The translations under genes and the position numbers were made by a program. DNA of 62,351 nucleotides, the filler included, from Stramenopiles sp. TOSAG23-3 (lineage: Eukaryota): assembly GCA_900128585.1 (NCBI GenBank). It is 7 parts of 7 records of this genome, joined end to end, with 100 filler letters (N's around TTAATTAATTAA, not from the genome) between each part and the next. Parts side by side here need not be neighbours in the genome. Positions count along the whole stretch, not along the records: positions 1 to 14,088 come from LT642589.1; positions 14,189 to 28,263 come from LT642590.1; 5 more parts are not named here. One strand, written 5' to 3'. Each line of letters starts with the position of its first letter. The stretch's first letter is position 1. Below, piece after piece: positions 11,401-20,933 of the stretch. Under the pieces are notes generated by a model. The model had not been told where the DNA came from. It made no database searches and saw only the letters and a list, made by a program, of their open reading frames with translations.

Positions 11401-13670
11401 CCTCGCTCTCGATTTTCCATTGCCTGCGAACCCCCCTTGCAAACCCCCATGAGAATATCAATTGCCCCGTGGCGAATGCAAGTACGGCGGAGTTCCCCGG
11501 TTGCCTGCGACAAATTCGTAATGCCTATAATGCAAAGTTGCGAAATTAGCGCGTCATTAAGCTGGAGAAGTGGCGTAAATGCAAGGATGATGCCTTCTGT
11601 TATCATCCTTGCACGCAGGCGTACAAGGCGCGTCAGGTTGCACAGCGCGCGAACAAAAATGTGCGAATAGCGACTGACTGCGCCCGCCTCATCTTTGCTT
11701 GCCTGCAACATTGCCAGGTGAATAATGTCCGTCACAAGTTTCTCGCTGTCGTCAAATACCTCGCCGTTGGTGACGGTGAGGTTATACAGGATGGTGAGCG
11801 ACGGCTCCACGAGCGCATCATCGTCGGACTTTGCTACCAGGGCTGCAGCCGTCAAGACCCCATTTCTCATGAAGTACTCTTCACGATCGGGAACGCAAGA
11901 TAAATTGCTCAGTGCGTAAATAGAATGCAGCATTGACAATTTGTCGGTAACATCCGCACTGAGCAGTTGAAGCAAAGCCGGTACTGCCCCACAATCGAGC
12001 ATGCTCTCTCGGATCTCCTTGCACCTTGTCAGGTTGTGGAAAGCGATCGCGCAGCATTGCCGAATTGTTGTGTCGTCGATTATCGACAAATCAACCAAAG
12101 CAGTAGTACAGCCCTCGTTCGAAAGCCCGATGCGATTTTCGAAGTCGTAACTCAGGTTACACAACGCTACCGCGCACGTTCTCTTGGCCGGCAGACCCGG
12201 AATCTTATCCGGGGCAAGCAAAGTAGGCGCATCATCGCTTGACAACTTATCCCACGGATTCTTCGATTTGTGCTCCTTCGCAGGGGTCATACGCGACATG
12301 TACATTTGTCCCTCGAAATAATCTCCACGAGTCCCGAAGTAATCCCCGACATAGGGCTTTACTGCCTCATGGAGATGGTTCAAGTCGATATGGTTTCTTA
12401 AATTCCTCAGCATCCTGTTTTGCTCCTTTTCAAAGTAGTCTGCTGGCAACCTCTCTTCTGCCGCGGATATGTCGTCGATTTTTTCAAACCCAGACTCGAT
12501 TTTTTCAGACATGGACTGCAGCATGCGACGATGGGCGACCACCGCTCGAGGAGTACGCGGGGATTTTTCTTGTGTTGGCACGCCAGGCCTTGACGAAACT
12601 CTTTTCTTGTACGACCTTGCTTCTCGTCTAATGCGCTCTCTCCGGGCTATTTCACCGTGAGTCCCGATCGAAAAGCCAGATTTTCGCTTTTCTTTGGCGT
12701 ACAATTTTGACACTGCAGAGTTGGGTTTTAAGTAGGAAGCAACCATCCCTTTGTTCAGCTGCTGTTTCTTCTTCTTTCCGGACGAGGCCATTAAGTTTAT
12801 TCGCACAGAGGGCTCGCTGTGCTTTGAAGCGGCCATCTTTTCGTTCATTTCGCCGAGAAAGTTTTGCTTTACTTCGGGGTTTTGTGTGGCATGGTCTAGC
12901 TCTTTCATGCGCTCTTCCACGCTCAGCATGGGGTTCCTGCCCGGGCTTTGGTCGGCGTCACTCTTTCTGCTGCTGCTTCGAGCACTGGACTTTGGGCTAT
13001 GTTCTTCTGGCTTCCGTTTCGTTTTCCTTTTCTTGTCATGTTTTTTCATTTCCTTCACCAGTTCTTTGTACTCGATGTCCCCGCTGCCATCCCTGTCTAG
13101 AACTGCGACAAGCGTGTTGAATTCTTTGTCGGTGAAGCCGAGGTCGATCTCAGCTTGCAGCCCCTCGCGCAACTCTTCGTAAGTGATGGAACCGCTGCCG
13201 TCTTCGTCAAGTGCCCTAAATATCTCTATCGGCTTTGTTATTTTCTTGTGCATTGCTTCAATAAGCTTTTGAAACGTGCCTTCCACCATGTCGGCTTCGT
13301 GCAGGGACAAAACGGGCGTTTTCGTTCTGGCTACAGGCGGCAATTTGGTCATTGAAGCTGAAATCTCCTCGGCAGACTTCTTTGTAAAGAATATGGTCTT
13401 CGGGCATTTCTCGTTTACGACATACTTCGAGACCTTTCCGTCTGGTGATGTTACAGGCTTGATTATGCCCTTGTCTAATAGCACTTTTCTTACTGTCCTG
13501 GTTGTAAAGTAGGTTCTCATATTGCCATCTTCGAAGGGATTGTACTCCTTCAGTCTTTCTGGATTCCATGTATTGAACCCTTTCTCCAGCGACTTTAACC
13601 TATCCTTTTCCCTGTTTCTTCTCGTTTTCCTGCTCCCCGAAAGATTACCAGCAGATCTGTTCTTCCGCAT
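8457..13670 (-). CDS. Large EF-hand plus armadillo-repeat protein (Vac8-like ARM array)
   Basis: 1737-aa ORF. Two canonical EF loops (DEDGSGSITYEE, DRDGSGDIEYKE) are followed by more than 20 ARM-like repeats (CAVALCNLS, ALSNLS, ALCNLT, GAVPALLQLL). Confidence 0.85.
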   Translation of the reverse strand: MRKNRSAGNLSGSRKTRRNREKDRLKSLEKGFNTWNPERLKEYNPFEDGNMRTYFTTRTVRKVLLDKGIIKPVTSPDGKVSKYVVNEKCPKTIFFTKKSAEEISASMTKLPPVARTKTPVLSLHEADMVEGTFQKLIEAMHKKITKPIEIFRALDEDGSGSITYEELREGLQAEIDLGFTDKEFNTLVAVLDRDGSGDIEYKELVKEMKKHDKKRKTKRKPEEHSPKSSARSSSRKSDADQSPGRNPMLSVEERMKELDHATQNPEVKQNFLGEMNEKMAASKHSEPSVRINLMASSGKKKKQQLNKGMVASYLKPNSAVSKLYAKEKRKSGFSIGTHGEIARRERIRREARSYKKRVSSRPGVPTQEKSPRTPRAVVAHRRMLQSMSEKIESGFEKIDDISAAEERLPADYFEKEQNRMLRNLRNHIDLNHLHEAVKPYVGDYFGTRGDYFEGQMYMSRMTPAKEHKSKNPWDKLSSDDAPTLLAPDKIPGLPAKRTCAVALCNLSYDFENRIGLSNEGCTTALVDLSIIDDTTIRQCCAIAFHNLTRCKEIRESMLDCGAVPALLQLLSADVTDKLSMLHSIYALSNLSCVPDREEYFMRNGVLTAAALVAKSDDDALVEPSLTILYNLTVTNGEVFDDSEKLVTDIIHLAMLQASKDEAGAVSRYSHIFVRALCNLTRLVRLRARMITEGIILAFTPLLQLNDALISQLCIIGITNLSQATGELRRTCIRHGAIDILMGVCKGGSQAMENRERGIVALSNLCRHSKDTDTTQKILPIILSLSHAEDEESWLRCTTALKSLSQAANNKFLLVKSEAVQVVIKVLVNQQKNVQTSLTEKNCINFLCNLLEDARCRKYAIEKEAVHALLPSLRTQSEEVMETISSILYTLCGDHKSRVSVSSEEALIAFLAMAELGGPQAQARASAALSVLAEKESSRGMMVRLADKVFHVLGTLLQCPGTSTKRYATICLAYLAHETDVHLRIAQDCVSSLVSLASSQDRETKIWLCALLCKISFSEPAAVKMCQSGACIAISLLSRLEDPNTEMRCSVTLCNISAFSACRSRMLQDQAVVTTLALSSSHFEETRLNCVKVICNLACTPGAEVELMKQQVLPELMIISLVRANTAKTKVVCAAAMVNMLVENTASEMVKEGLIWCLTQLATLPSELLEKAAASAFATIVETDESRATLIESDKGINSLMSLMRTDSRKTRELCWQTFGRICLENCQERLVQEGVLGVLTELVAGDDYMLKRNSGAILALLTSDKTTRSSIVHDSMKLLVALSSDSGNEPARQFCSDALYALSKDLNTRAVIVDHGVLRVMSCLLRTSESSHTDVLCMHAMYNIAKTKPGSLKLCDPVLIDLIKKLNDAHDASSGDLLMAIIRSVSWGSNEENTKLIDAGVIQSMKSILSDSEKGGSNSGAIRRDCAMACRNFSKCTSTNEMKLLEDGILDLLLTCINHDDIEVKRLVAQSMCYLSSRGYNRDTMIERDCVKLIVRLLHAGSLPLQRECLCTLHYLSLDKSSMAVLLQEGVYDAATRLGSHSDAKIKLSCEAILELLSEAVHNVSEGTVTRFIALCMKEKDADIDARCPLSPADACYEVIPMDSWKESMEKFEADSSKFQNAVIPDMIPLPFSESGKEFKAPEWDRISWPISHRAPEMPSPPALSADSIPISKHRASSASHPDDEGQNKENIIEGNQLPKGEPKQPNQWDSAKYAEDLDAIEAVLDRFKSPIGRTKK

Positions 13671-14088
13671 ATTTACTATTTAGCAGACTTACAAACCCTT
13701 CCAAGCGTTGTACCTTTTGAGCTAACTGTTTTACGAGCGATCTTTCCTATTCGCAACGTCTTTTTGAAAAGAAATATTCTAGGCGGAACCAATCAATGTC
13801 TACGAATGCAAAAGCAGTAGCAGTACGAAAGAAGCAAGCGCAGCAATATGTTTTTCGTCTATACCTATACATAAAAACACAGCATCGTAAATCGACCAAC
13901 AACTAAGCAAACTGTAACAGTACTATTCTCTTTTATTTATTTTCTATATAAATAAATACTATACAGTAGACACTAAAAATAAAATACAAAAATTATAAAA
14001 TTAAATAGTTTTCCTTTACAACTAACTCACAACCGCTAGATATATTTAATAGGGACAAAGTAGAGCGAGAGGAGAGGGGGGGGGGGGG

Positions 14089-14188
14089 NNNNNNNNNNNN
14101 NNNNNNNNNNNNNNNNNNNNNNNNNNNNNNNNTTAATTAATTAANNNNNNNNNNNNNNNNNNNNNNNNNNNNNNNNNNNNNNNNNNNN
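14089..14188. other. Artificial contig spacer N44-TTAATTAATTAA-N44
   Basis: 100-nt block with a six-frame stop linker at 14133-14144. Confidence 0.97.
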
Positions 14189-14390
14189 CTCTCCCCTACA
14201 AATCGGTGCCGCCTGACCTTGTACTTCCCTGCTACCTCTTCCGTTTCTACGTTGAAATGGGTGATCTTGTCGAACAGGTCCATTTTGTTGCTCGTGTACA
14301 AGCCGGTTGCCGCGAACAAATGCTTCGCGGGCCCGTGCCATTTTCTTTCTTTTGACGAAGGTGCCTCATCACTAGACGACTATTCTACGA

Positions 14391-15521
14391 CTACCATATG
14401 GACGAGTTAACATCAAGTACGATTCTCCCATTTACTGCCCGTTCCTCTATCATCTCATGGGCTTTCGCTGCCTGTTCCAACGGCAAGACATGGTCGATTG
14501 ACGGCTTCAACCCTTCCTTCTCCATCCACAAAAACATTTTTTCCAGCTCGCTCCCCTCGATACTGTCCGTTCCTATTACGCTCAGAGAATTCAAAATGCA
14601 GAGCCCTAGGGGCAGGCTTACCGCCTCGTTCGTCACGTTCCCGATCAGCACCAGCCGTCCCCCTGGCTTCAAGCTTCGCAGACTGTCCGTAAACGTTGGC
14701 GCACCGACGTTTTCAATCACCATGTCCACCAAATTGCCTCTTCCCAGCTGCTTGCTGAACCCCTTCTCTGCACTGATGACCTCTGCGGCGCCAAGGGACT
14801 TGATGTATTCTTGCTTTGCATCGACCGACCCTGTGGTGCCGATCACGTGCGCGCCGAGGCGAGCTGCCATGCAAACGGCCGCCGACCCGACTCCACCTGC
14901 TGCGCCAGTAACCAGCACACGCTCGTTGCGCCTCAACCCCCCGCGCACCACAGCCCCTTGCCAGACTGTCCCAAACGTGGACATGGCCGGGGCGGCTTCT
15001 ACCCCTGTCAAAAACTCTGGGTTGGGGACTTTCACGAACGCTGTCTCGTGGGTCGTTACGTAATCTTGGTAGCCACCATCGCATGTTAATCCTAGGAACG
15101 TTTTCATCGCATCCTTGTGCCCAAACGGCGCTGGCCATGCTTCCTGATCGTACTGTGCCCAGTGCAGCGAGACGACCCGGTCGCCCTCCTGCAAGGAGCT
15201 GCTTGCCCCTGCCCTTGTGACCCTACCGGAAAACTCGTGCCCTAAAACCGTGGGTTGATTCATGAATGGAAACCCGCCCATTCTGTCGATAATATCGCGA
15301 TAGGCGACGGCACAAGCAGCAACCTGCACTTCGACTTCTCGGTCGCCCAAGACGGTTTCAGACGAACCCGGCTCCACCGTTTCGTTCACAAATGAAGACG
15401 GGGGGCCAGGTGCTGGAAGGAGGACCCGGCGAGCGGGACGGCTTGCAAAGCTGCGGCGGACACCAAAACCCGCCAACGCCCAAGCTGGGCGGTGTTTCAA
15501 AAAGGGGGCGCAAACTTGCAT
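14391..15521 (-). CDS. Medium-chain dehydrogenase/reductase (ADH/quinone oxidoreductase-like) with probable mitochondrial presequence
   Basis: PTVLGHEFSG, GDRVV, VLVTGAAGGVG (NAD(P) binding) and AHEMIEERAVNGRIVL. The N-terminus is Arg-rich and acid-free, with RRSFAS. Confidence 0.9.
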   Translation of the reverse strand: MQVCAPFLKHRPAWALAGFGVRRSFASRPARRVLLPAPGPPSSFVNETVEPGSSETVLGDREVEVQVAACAVAYRDIIDRMGGFPFMNQPTVLGHEFSGRVTRAGASSSLQEGDRVVSLHWAQYDQEAWPAPFGHKDAMKTFLGLTCDGGYQDYVTTHETAFVKVPNPEFLTGVEAAPAMSTFGTVWQGAVVRGGLRRNERVLVTGAAGGVGSAAVCMAARLGAHVIGTTGSVDAKQEYIKSLGAAEVISAEKGFSKQLGRGNLVDMVIENVGAPTFTDSLRSLKPGGRLVLIGNVTNEAVSLPLGLCILNSLSVIGTDSIEGSELEKMFLWMEKEGLKPSIDHVLPLEQAAKAHEMIEERAVNGRIVLDVNSSIW

Positions 15522-16660
15522 TTTGGTCAATCGCTTTTCACACTCAATACTTTCAGTCCGTTTGTTTTCAGTTTGATTAAATTTTAAAATTTTAAACCAA
15601 AAACCAATTCAACAATTCCACAAATTGAGTTGTGAGTCACAATTCACAATTTTCACAAAAAAAAAACTATAATAATAATTGTAGACGACGATAATATATT
15701 ATTATTTTTTATTCGCAGATTTTTTTAGATTTTTTTTGTATTTGTGTTATAAATAGGGTTATTATTCTTTATTTTGGAATAGTTAAATACAATGATAGGC
15801 TTAATATTATATACTAATAAGTAGGAATAAGTACGCGTAGAAATAGTATTCTTGACTACTTCCTTTCTTTTTTGCTTCTTCTATTTCAATGCTGTGTCTA
15901 TATAAAGTTACTGTCGTCATCGATCCACTGATATTTTAATTTCCTATTTATTTATACTTAAGAATACAAATAGTTATAGTTTTTTATCATCTTTTTTCTG
16001 TTTTTTATCGAAATGAGGAAAATTAATACCTATTGTATTTCTATATTATATTGTTCAATAGATTTCCTCAACTTTTTTTTGGCATTTCATCACAAGTTAG
16101 TCATTTTGTTACCCATTGTATTTCTATATTATTAATACTGTCAAATTTATATTAATAATAAAATATTTATTCTACTTTTCGTCTCTTGATCCCATTGCTC
16201 AATGCTATTTAATGTAATTTTTTTATTTTCTTCTTGATTTTTATTATTGATTGAACGATGAACGGACGGAATGAGCCCATACTATTCAATGTAAAAAATA
16301 CAAACGTAGATTCTTTTTCTTTCTTCTTCCTCCTTTCATTTTTTTTTATCACACACAGGTATACACCAAAGAATAATGTCAAGGACAGAAGAAGTTTTTT
16401 AGTAAAGTAGTTGTAGAAGACCCATATTGTAATACTTTATTATTCAAGACACAGAAATGGCTTTTGTTTCAAAACGAAGTAAAACAGTGGCATCCACGTT
16501 GCACCAACGCACATGAATGTGTTTCACGGTAAGCAAACGCACCACGCACTGCATCAGTAAGGAAGGGGGAAGGAACGTGCGGATTGAGAATTAAGAAAAG
16601 TAGGGTCGGCCTTTGAAGGGGGGGGGGGGGATCATCTGGAGTGACCACAGTTGGTACGAG

Positions 16661-18181
16661 ATGCCGAAGCAGTCAGGGTCGCCGTCTGTGCCACAAACAG
16701 TCGCGAGATTGTTTGAACTGTGTAGTGGGACAGCGGGGAACAAAATAGTGTCCAATATTCAACACACTGGTATTTACACGACGGACCGAAAGAAAAGGCC
16801 GTTGTTCGTGGCGCACCGGTTCGTTCCGAAGGCGCTGGACCCGTCCCTGGGGGACTCCTCCGAGTGCCGGGTCAAAGTCCAGCTCGATTTTCCTGTCGCT
16901 GTAGAGCGCATCAAAGAAAGCACCGAGTTTAGAAATGGGAAGACGTCGCCGTACTGGTTCTCCCTGTACCCAGACGCTCGACGGTTCCTTGTCGACCAAA
17001 GAAATCGGGCGGCCAAGGTGTCCTGGAGCCACAACGACAGCAGGATAAACATGACGTTCTGGGACGTTCCGGCGGGCCAAACCTTTCAGTTCGGCGCGGC
17101 CTGTGTTTTGAAAAACCGGGCCGACCAGCCCACGGAGGCGTTCAAAAAGAACTGGTCGAAGGAGAAGACTGTCAAGGCCATGATCACGCTGGTATCCAAT
17201 CACGGTGCCAACCCGATCGCCCACTCATCGCATTTCAAATCGGAGGGGTTCCGGATTAAGTCGAAGCCGAAAGACGGGGACCAGTGGGAGTACCAAATGC
17301 TCAAGCTGGGGCCCCTCGGGTGGGAGCATTTTTGCAAGAAGTTCATTACGCAGCACGAGAAGTTTTTCTTGCGCCAAGAGTTCAACAACTGCCCCGTGCG
17401 GTTCAAATCGTCCTTTCTCATGCTTAACCCAAAGAAGATCGTCGGCGCCCCCAGGAACCGGTCGAAAGGCGGCAAGCGCCCGAGGGAGCACCAAACGTAC
17501 CTGCTGAAGCCCGAGATAAAGTCGATCCTGCTGAGCGGGCTGGTGGACGAGTTGCAGATAAGCGAGAAACGGGGCCAGAGGCTGGTGGAGAAGTTTATCG
17601 CCCACTCGAACCTGCAGGCCAGGGACAAGGACGAGGGTGAGGACAGGCGGTACATTCCCGTCAAAGACAAGCAGGACTTCGTTGACGAGGTGTACAACGA
17701 CGATTTTTTCAAGAATCGTCAGTCAGGCACCCGGCAACCGCCCGGGGACAAGTTCCAGCTGTCCCTGCTCGTCATGTTTATGATGAAGTGCATTATGATG
17801 AACGGGACCGTCAGGAACAGGGCCCGGCTGGTCCACCCCACCCTCAGAAAGGCAAAGGAGCTGTACCGTTTGGAGACCATGGGGGCTTTCCAGAATGGTC
17901 GGTGGGGCAGCAGCGGGAACGACACCGGTGCGAAGCGGAAGGTTCATCTGAAGAAGGGGGGAAAGAAGGCCGCCAAAGACGCCGCGGGGAAGGGCAGTAA
18001 GAAGTGTAAAGTTGTTAGCATGAAGCGAGGTTTGGGGGCGGAACCGTTCGTCCAGAACAAGGTGGCCAAGAGTGCCAGCCCCGGCGGAAAAAGGCCGGGA
18101 AAGAAGTTGAAAGGTGGGAATTTGGAGAATTTCAAGCTGCTCTGTGATGCCGCTCTGTTCGAAGTATGCGTGAAACCTTGA
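16661..18181 (+). CDS. Lys-rich, probably nuclear protein of unknown function
   Basis: Long GC-rich ORF (first ATG at 16661) with basic NLS-like clusters in the C-terminal part. Confidence 0.7.
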   Translation: MPKQSGSPSVPQTVARLFELCSGTAGNKIVSNIQHTGIYTTDRKKRPLFVAHRFVPKALDPSLGDSSECRVKVQLDFPVAVERIKESTEFRNGKTSPYWFSLYPDARRFLVDQRNRAAKVSWSHNDSRINMTFWDVPAGQTFQFGAACVLKNRADQPTEAFKKNWSKEKTVKAMITLVSNHGANPIAHSSHFKSEGFRIKSKPKDGDQWEYQMLKLGPLGWEHFCKKFITQHEKFFLRQEFNNCPVRFKSSFLMLNPKKIVGAPRNRSKGGKRPREHQTYLLKPEIKSILLSGLVDELQISEKRGQRLVEKFIAHSNLQARDKDEGEDRRYIPVKDKQDFVDEVYNDDFFKNRQSGTRQPPGDKFQLSLLVMFMMKCIMMNGTVRNRARLVHPTLRKAKELYRLETMGAFQNGRWGSSGNDTGAKRKVHLKKGGKKAAKDAAGKGSKKCKVVSMKRGLGAEPFVQNKVAKSASPGGKRPGKKLKGGNLENFKLLCDAALFEVCVKP

Positions 18182-18776
18182 TCCCCATGGTTCCGTTTTA
18201 ATTTGATAAAGATACGTGAAGATTCAGTTTATTATGTATATACGAGAGAGTATAAGTCAGAATATAAGAAAGAAAAAGCTGTGTCATTATTAAACCTTTT
18301 CTAGATTAATCTTTTCGTATCTAAATAATAACAGCCCCTGTATTTTTGGTTTTAATGTTTCTTGAATTTTGGATTTTTTAATTTGATTGTAATCCACAAC
18401 AAAAGAGGTTAATTTTTTTCTGTCCAAGAGATACATATTAATTAAAAAATGTTAAAAGACAAAAGAAAACCCCTCCCCCGCCACCCCAGCACCCCAGCGC
18501 ACAAATGATATTTAAAGAATCCCTTGGCCTTGACTGATTTACAAGACAGACAACGCGCACCTCTAAAACATTTACGCCGGATTCGAAAATATTATTACTA
18601 CTAAAAATTCATCTTCTCTTTTTGGTACAGCAGGTACACAGGCCTGATATACACCATATTTATACTTCTTGTATTCTAATATGATTGGATAGGGTATTGT
18701 TTGTTTAATTTAGGATTTTATAATATTTTATGTTGTTATAATCGACTACTAAATAAAAAGAAGAGAAGGTTGACGC

Positions 18777-19901
18777 TTATTGCTGCCACTTTCCGGGCGT
18801 GTCGCTGACGAAGATACTAGGAGGGGACCCGTCCGCGCCGTTTGCTTTTCTGGTGCTTCTTAACAAATCGCGCACGACTTTCAAGTGCAGAATTCGTTCC
18901 CCTTTTAACCGATTCATGACCTCCACCACCGGGGTGTCTTTCCCGACGGTTTCCCCGTTGATCCCTATAATACGGTCCCCGATCAGCAAACCGACGGTTT
19001 CCATCGGACCCTTCTGACCGCCGGGGAGCTCACGGAACCGGGAGACAACGAAGCCAGCGATCAGCTTGCAGCACAGGCCGTACTCGGCGTGGGGGCGAAC
19101 GGTGAACTCTAGCGTCATCTTTCCCGTTTCCATGTTGACTATTGTATCGGTCTTCGCCTTTGACGGTGTAACAAACGGTGGCGGGGGAGGGGGAGGGGGG
19201 GGGTTCGACCCTGCCCTTTTTCTAGAAGATGCCTTTTTCGCGTACTGCGCCAAAGGGGAACTTAACCCCTTGTCGTTTTCCAGGGCTTCCGTCAGGACCG
19301 AACGGATGCGGCCGCGGTCCTTTTCGTGCTCTTGGTGGGTGTCGCGGACGATCTGGACGAGTTTGTTGTGCTTTTCGTGCAAGTCCAGCACGGTCTGGAC
19401 GAGTGCATCCCCACGGTCCCGTTCCATCAGGCCGGCCTCCTCTAAGGCGCTCATTTTTGAATAAAGAATTTGGGACGACTCTAGCAATCTATCCTGAACT
19501 TCCCTGTGGTGGACCACCAGCTGTGTCTTTTTTTGTTCCTCTTGTTCGCCCCGCACGCGCTTGGATTCCTCTTTCAGGCCGGCATTTTCCTCGCTCAGCC
19601 GGGCGTTGGTCTCCCTCAATGTCGCATTCTCGGCCTCCAACTCCTTCATCTTTGTGATCATGTTACTGTGCTTCGTTTCCGTCGCTTTTAATTCTCCCAG
19701 CAGCTGCTTAAGCGTTTTCTCCACGTCCAGCATTCGCTCGATCTCTGACTTTAGCGTCTGTTCCCTTTTCGCGCTATTCCTCAACTCCTTTATGGCAAGT
19801 TTTATCTTCTCTGCGTCTTCTTTTCGGGCCTCTTTCAACGTTTCGATCCGTTCAATCGCCGATACCAACGTCGGGCGCAGTGCATGCTTTGGAACGTCCA
19901 T
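18777..19901 (-). CDS. Coiled-coil, polyproline and PDZ-domain protein
   Basis: N-terminal heptads and a P9 tract. The C-terminus YGL...GLLIGDRIIGINGETV...VMNRLK...LHLKVVR is a PDZ signature. Confidence 0.8.
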   Translation of the reverse strand: MDVPKHALRPTLVSAIERIETLKEARKEDAEKIKLAIKELRNSAKREQTLKSEIERMLDVEKTLKQLLGELKATETKHSNMITKMKELEAENATLRETNARLSEENAGLKEESKRVRGEQEEQKKTQLVVHHREVQDRLLESSQILYSKMSALEEAGLMERDRGDALVQTVLDLHEKHNKLVQIVRDTHQEHEKDRGRIRSVLTEALENDKGLSSPLAQYAKKASSRKRAGSNPPPPPPPPPFVTPSKAKTDTIVNMETGKMTLEFTVRPHAEYGLCCKLIAGFVVSRFRELPGGQKGPMETVGLLIGDRIIGINGETVGKDTPVVEVMNRLKGERILHLKVVRDLLRSTRKANGADGSPPSIFVSDTPGKWQQ

Positions 19902-20509
19902 CGATCTTTACAATCAGGGAATTAAAGTGCACAAAATATTTGCAAGGCGGAGGGGGGGAGGGGGGGAGAGAAAAAGGGGTGGAGAGGAAGAAACACCAAC
20001 TTCTTTCTTTTACCTCAATGTTGAAGTGACTAACACAGTCTAATTGGTGCCCTTTCTTTTCAATTCTCATTCATTTCATTCTTTCATGTTCTCCATTCGT
20101 TACTTACACAACAGAAAAGTGCTTTTTTTATATATTATCTATCATATAATAATATATAGTATTAGTAGTATTACTCGTATATCATTAGAGTTTTTTTAGT
20201 TTTCTTCTTCTTCTTTTAACTTATTTTTTTTTTATAATAATTTCTTATAAATACGAGGACTCCTCCTCCTCTACTACTGTTTGATAGGTATTCTATTAAA
20301 TACATGTACTTATTATCGTATACAATTTATATTTTATATATATACGACAATAGGCTGCTATATGTGTGTGTTCACTTTAAATTCTTCTCACTCACAGCAT
20401 CATCACACAGCATAGGTCAAAGCACAAAAACAAACGAATCTGATTGACACAGTTTAGATTATATTTACAATGTAGGGACGGACGGACGAACGAACGGAAG
20501 AACAGAAAA

Positions 20510-20628
20510 AGAAGAAGAAGAAGAAAGAAGAAGAAGAAGAAGAAGAAGAAGAAGAAGAAAAAGAAGAAGAAGAAGAAAGAAGAAGAAGAAGAAGAAGAAG
20601 AAGAAGAAGAAGAAGAAGAAGAAGAAAG
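20510..20628. repeat. (GAA)n microsatellite
   Basis: Direct observation. Confidence 0.95.
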
Positions 20629-20933
20629 AATTTTATTAGGTAACGGATATTTTCAATTTCTCGTAATTGTGTATAGACTTTGAACTATGATAGTACGGTA
20701 CAGGCACCGGTAGTCGTCCGGAGAAGAAGAAAAAAATATAAAATGTTTTTAAATTATCATCTTATAATTATATTATTTAGGAGTGTGCATTATGTCAAGC
20801 TTACTTATAAATTGACGAAACATCTGGTATATATAGAATCCGATTTTTTTATAACTGTCCAGATTCAAGTGGTTCTTCCACAGATTTTCTTTCTGAGGAA
20901 GGCGCATTATATTTGTCCGTGTCGTTAGAACCT

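Noticed and set aside
14133-14144. TTAATTAATTAA repeated six times as a possible biological repeat or piggyBac-type TTAA site
   Set aside because: It is always centred in exactly 44+44 Ns, so it is an artificial six-frame stop linker.
20444-20683. Poly-K/E/L ORFs here and at 27741-27932, 51980-52303 and 54004-54288
   Set aside because: They are translations of (GAA)n/(TTC)n microsatellites in AT-rich spacers.
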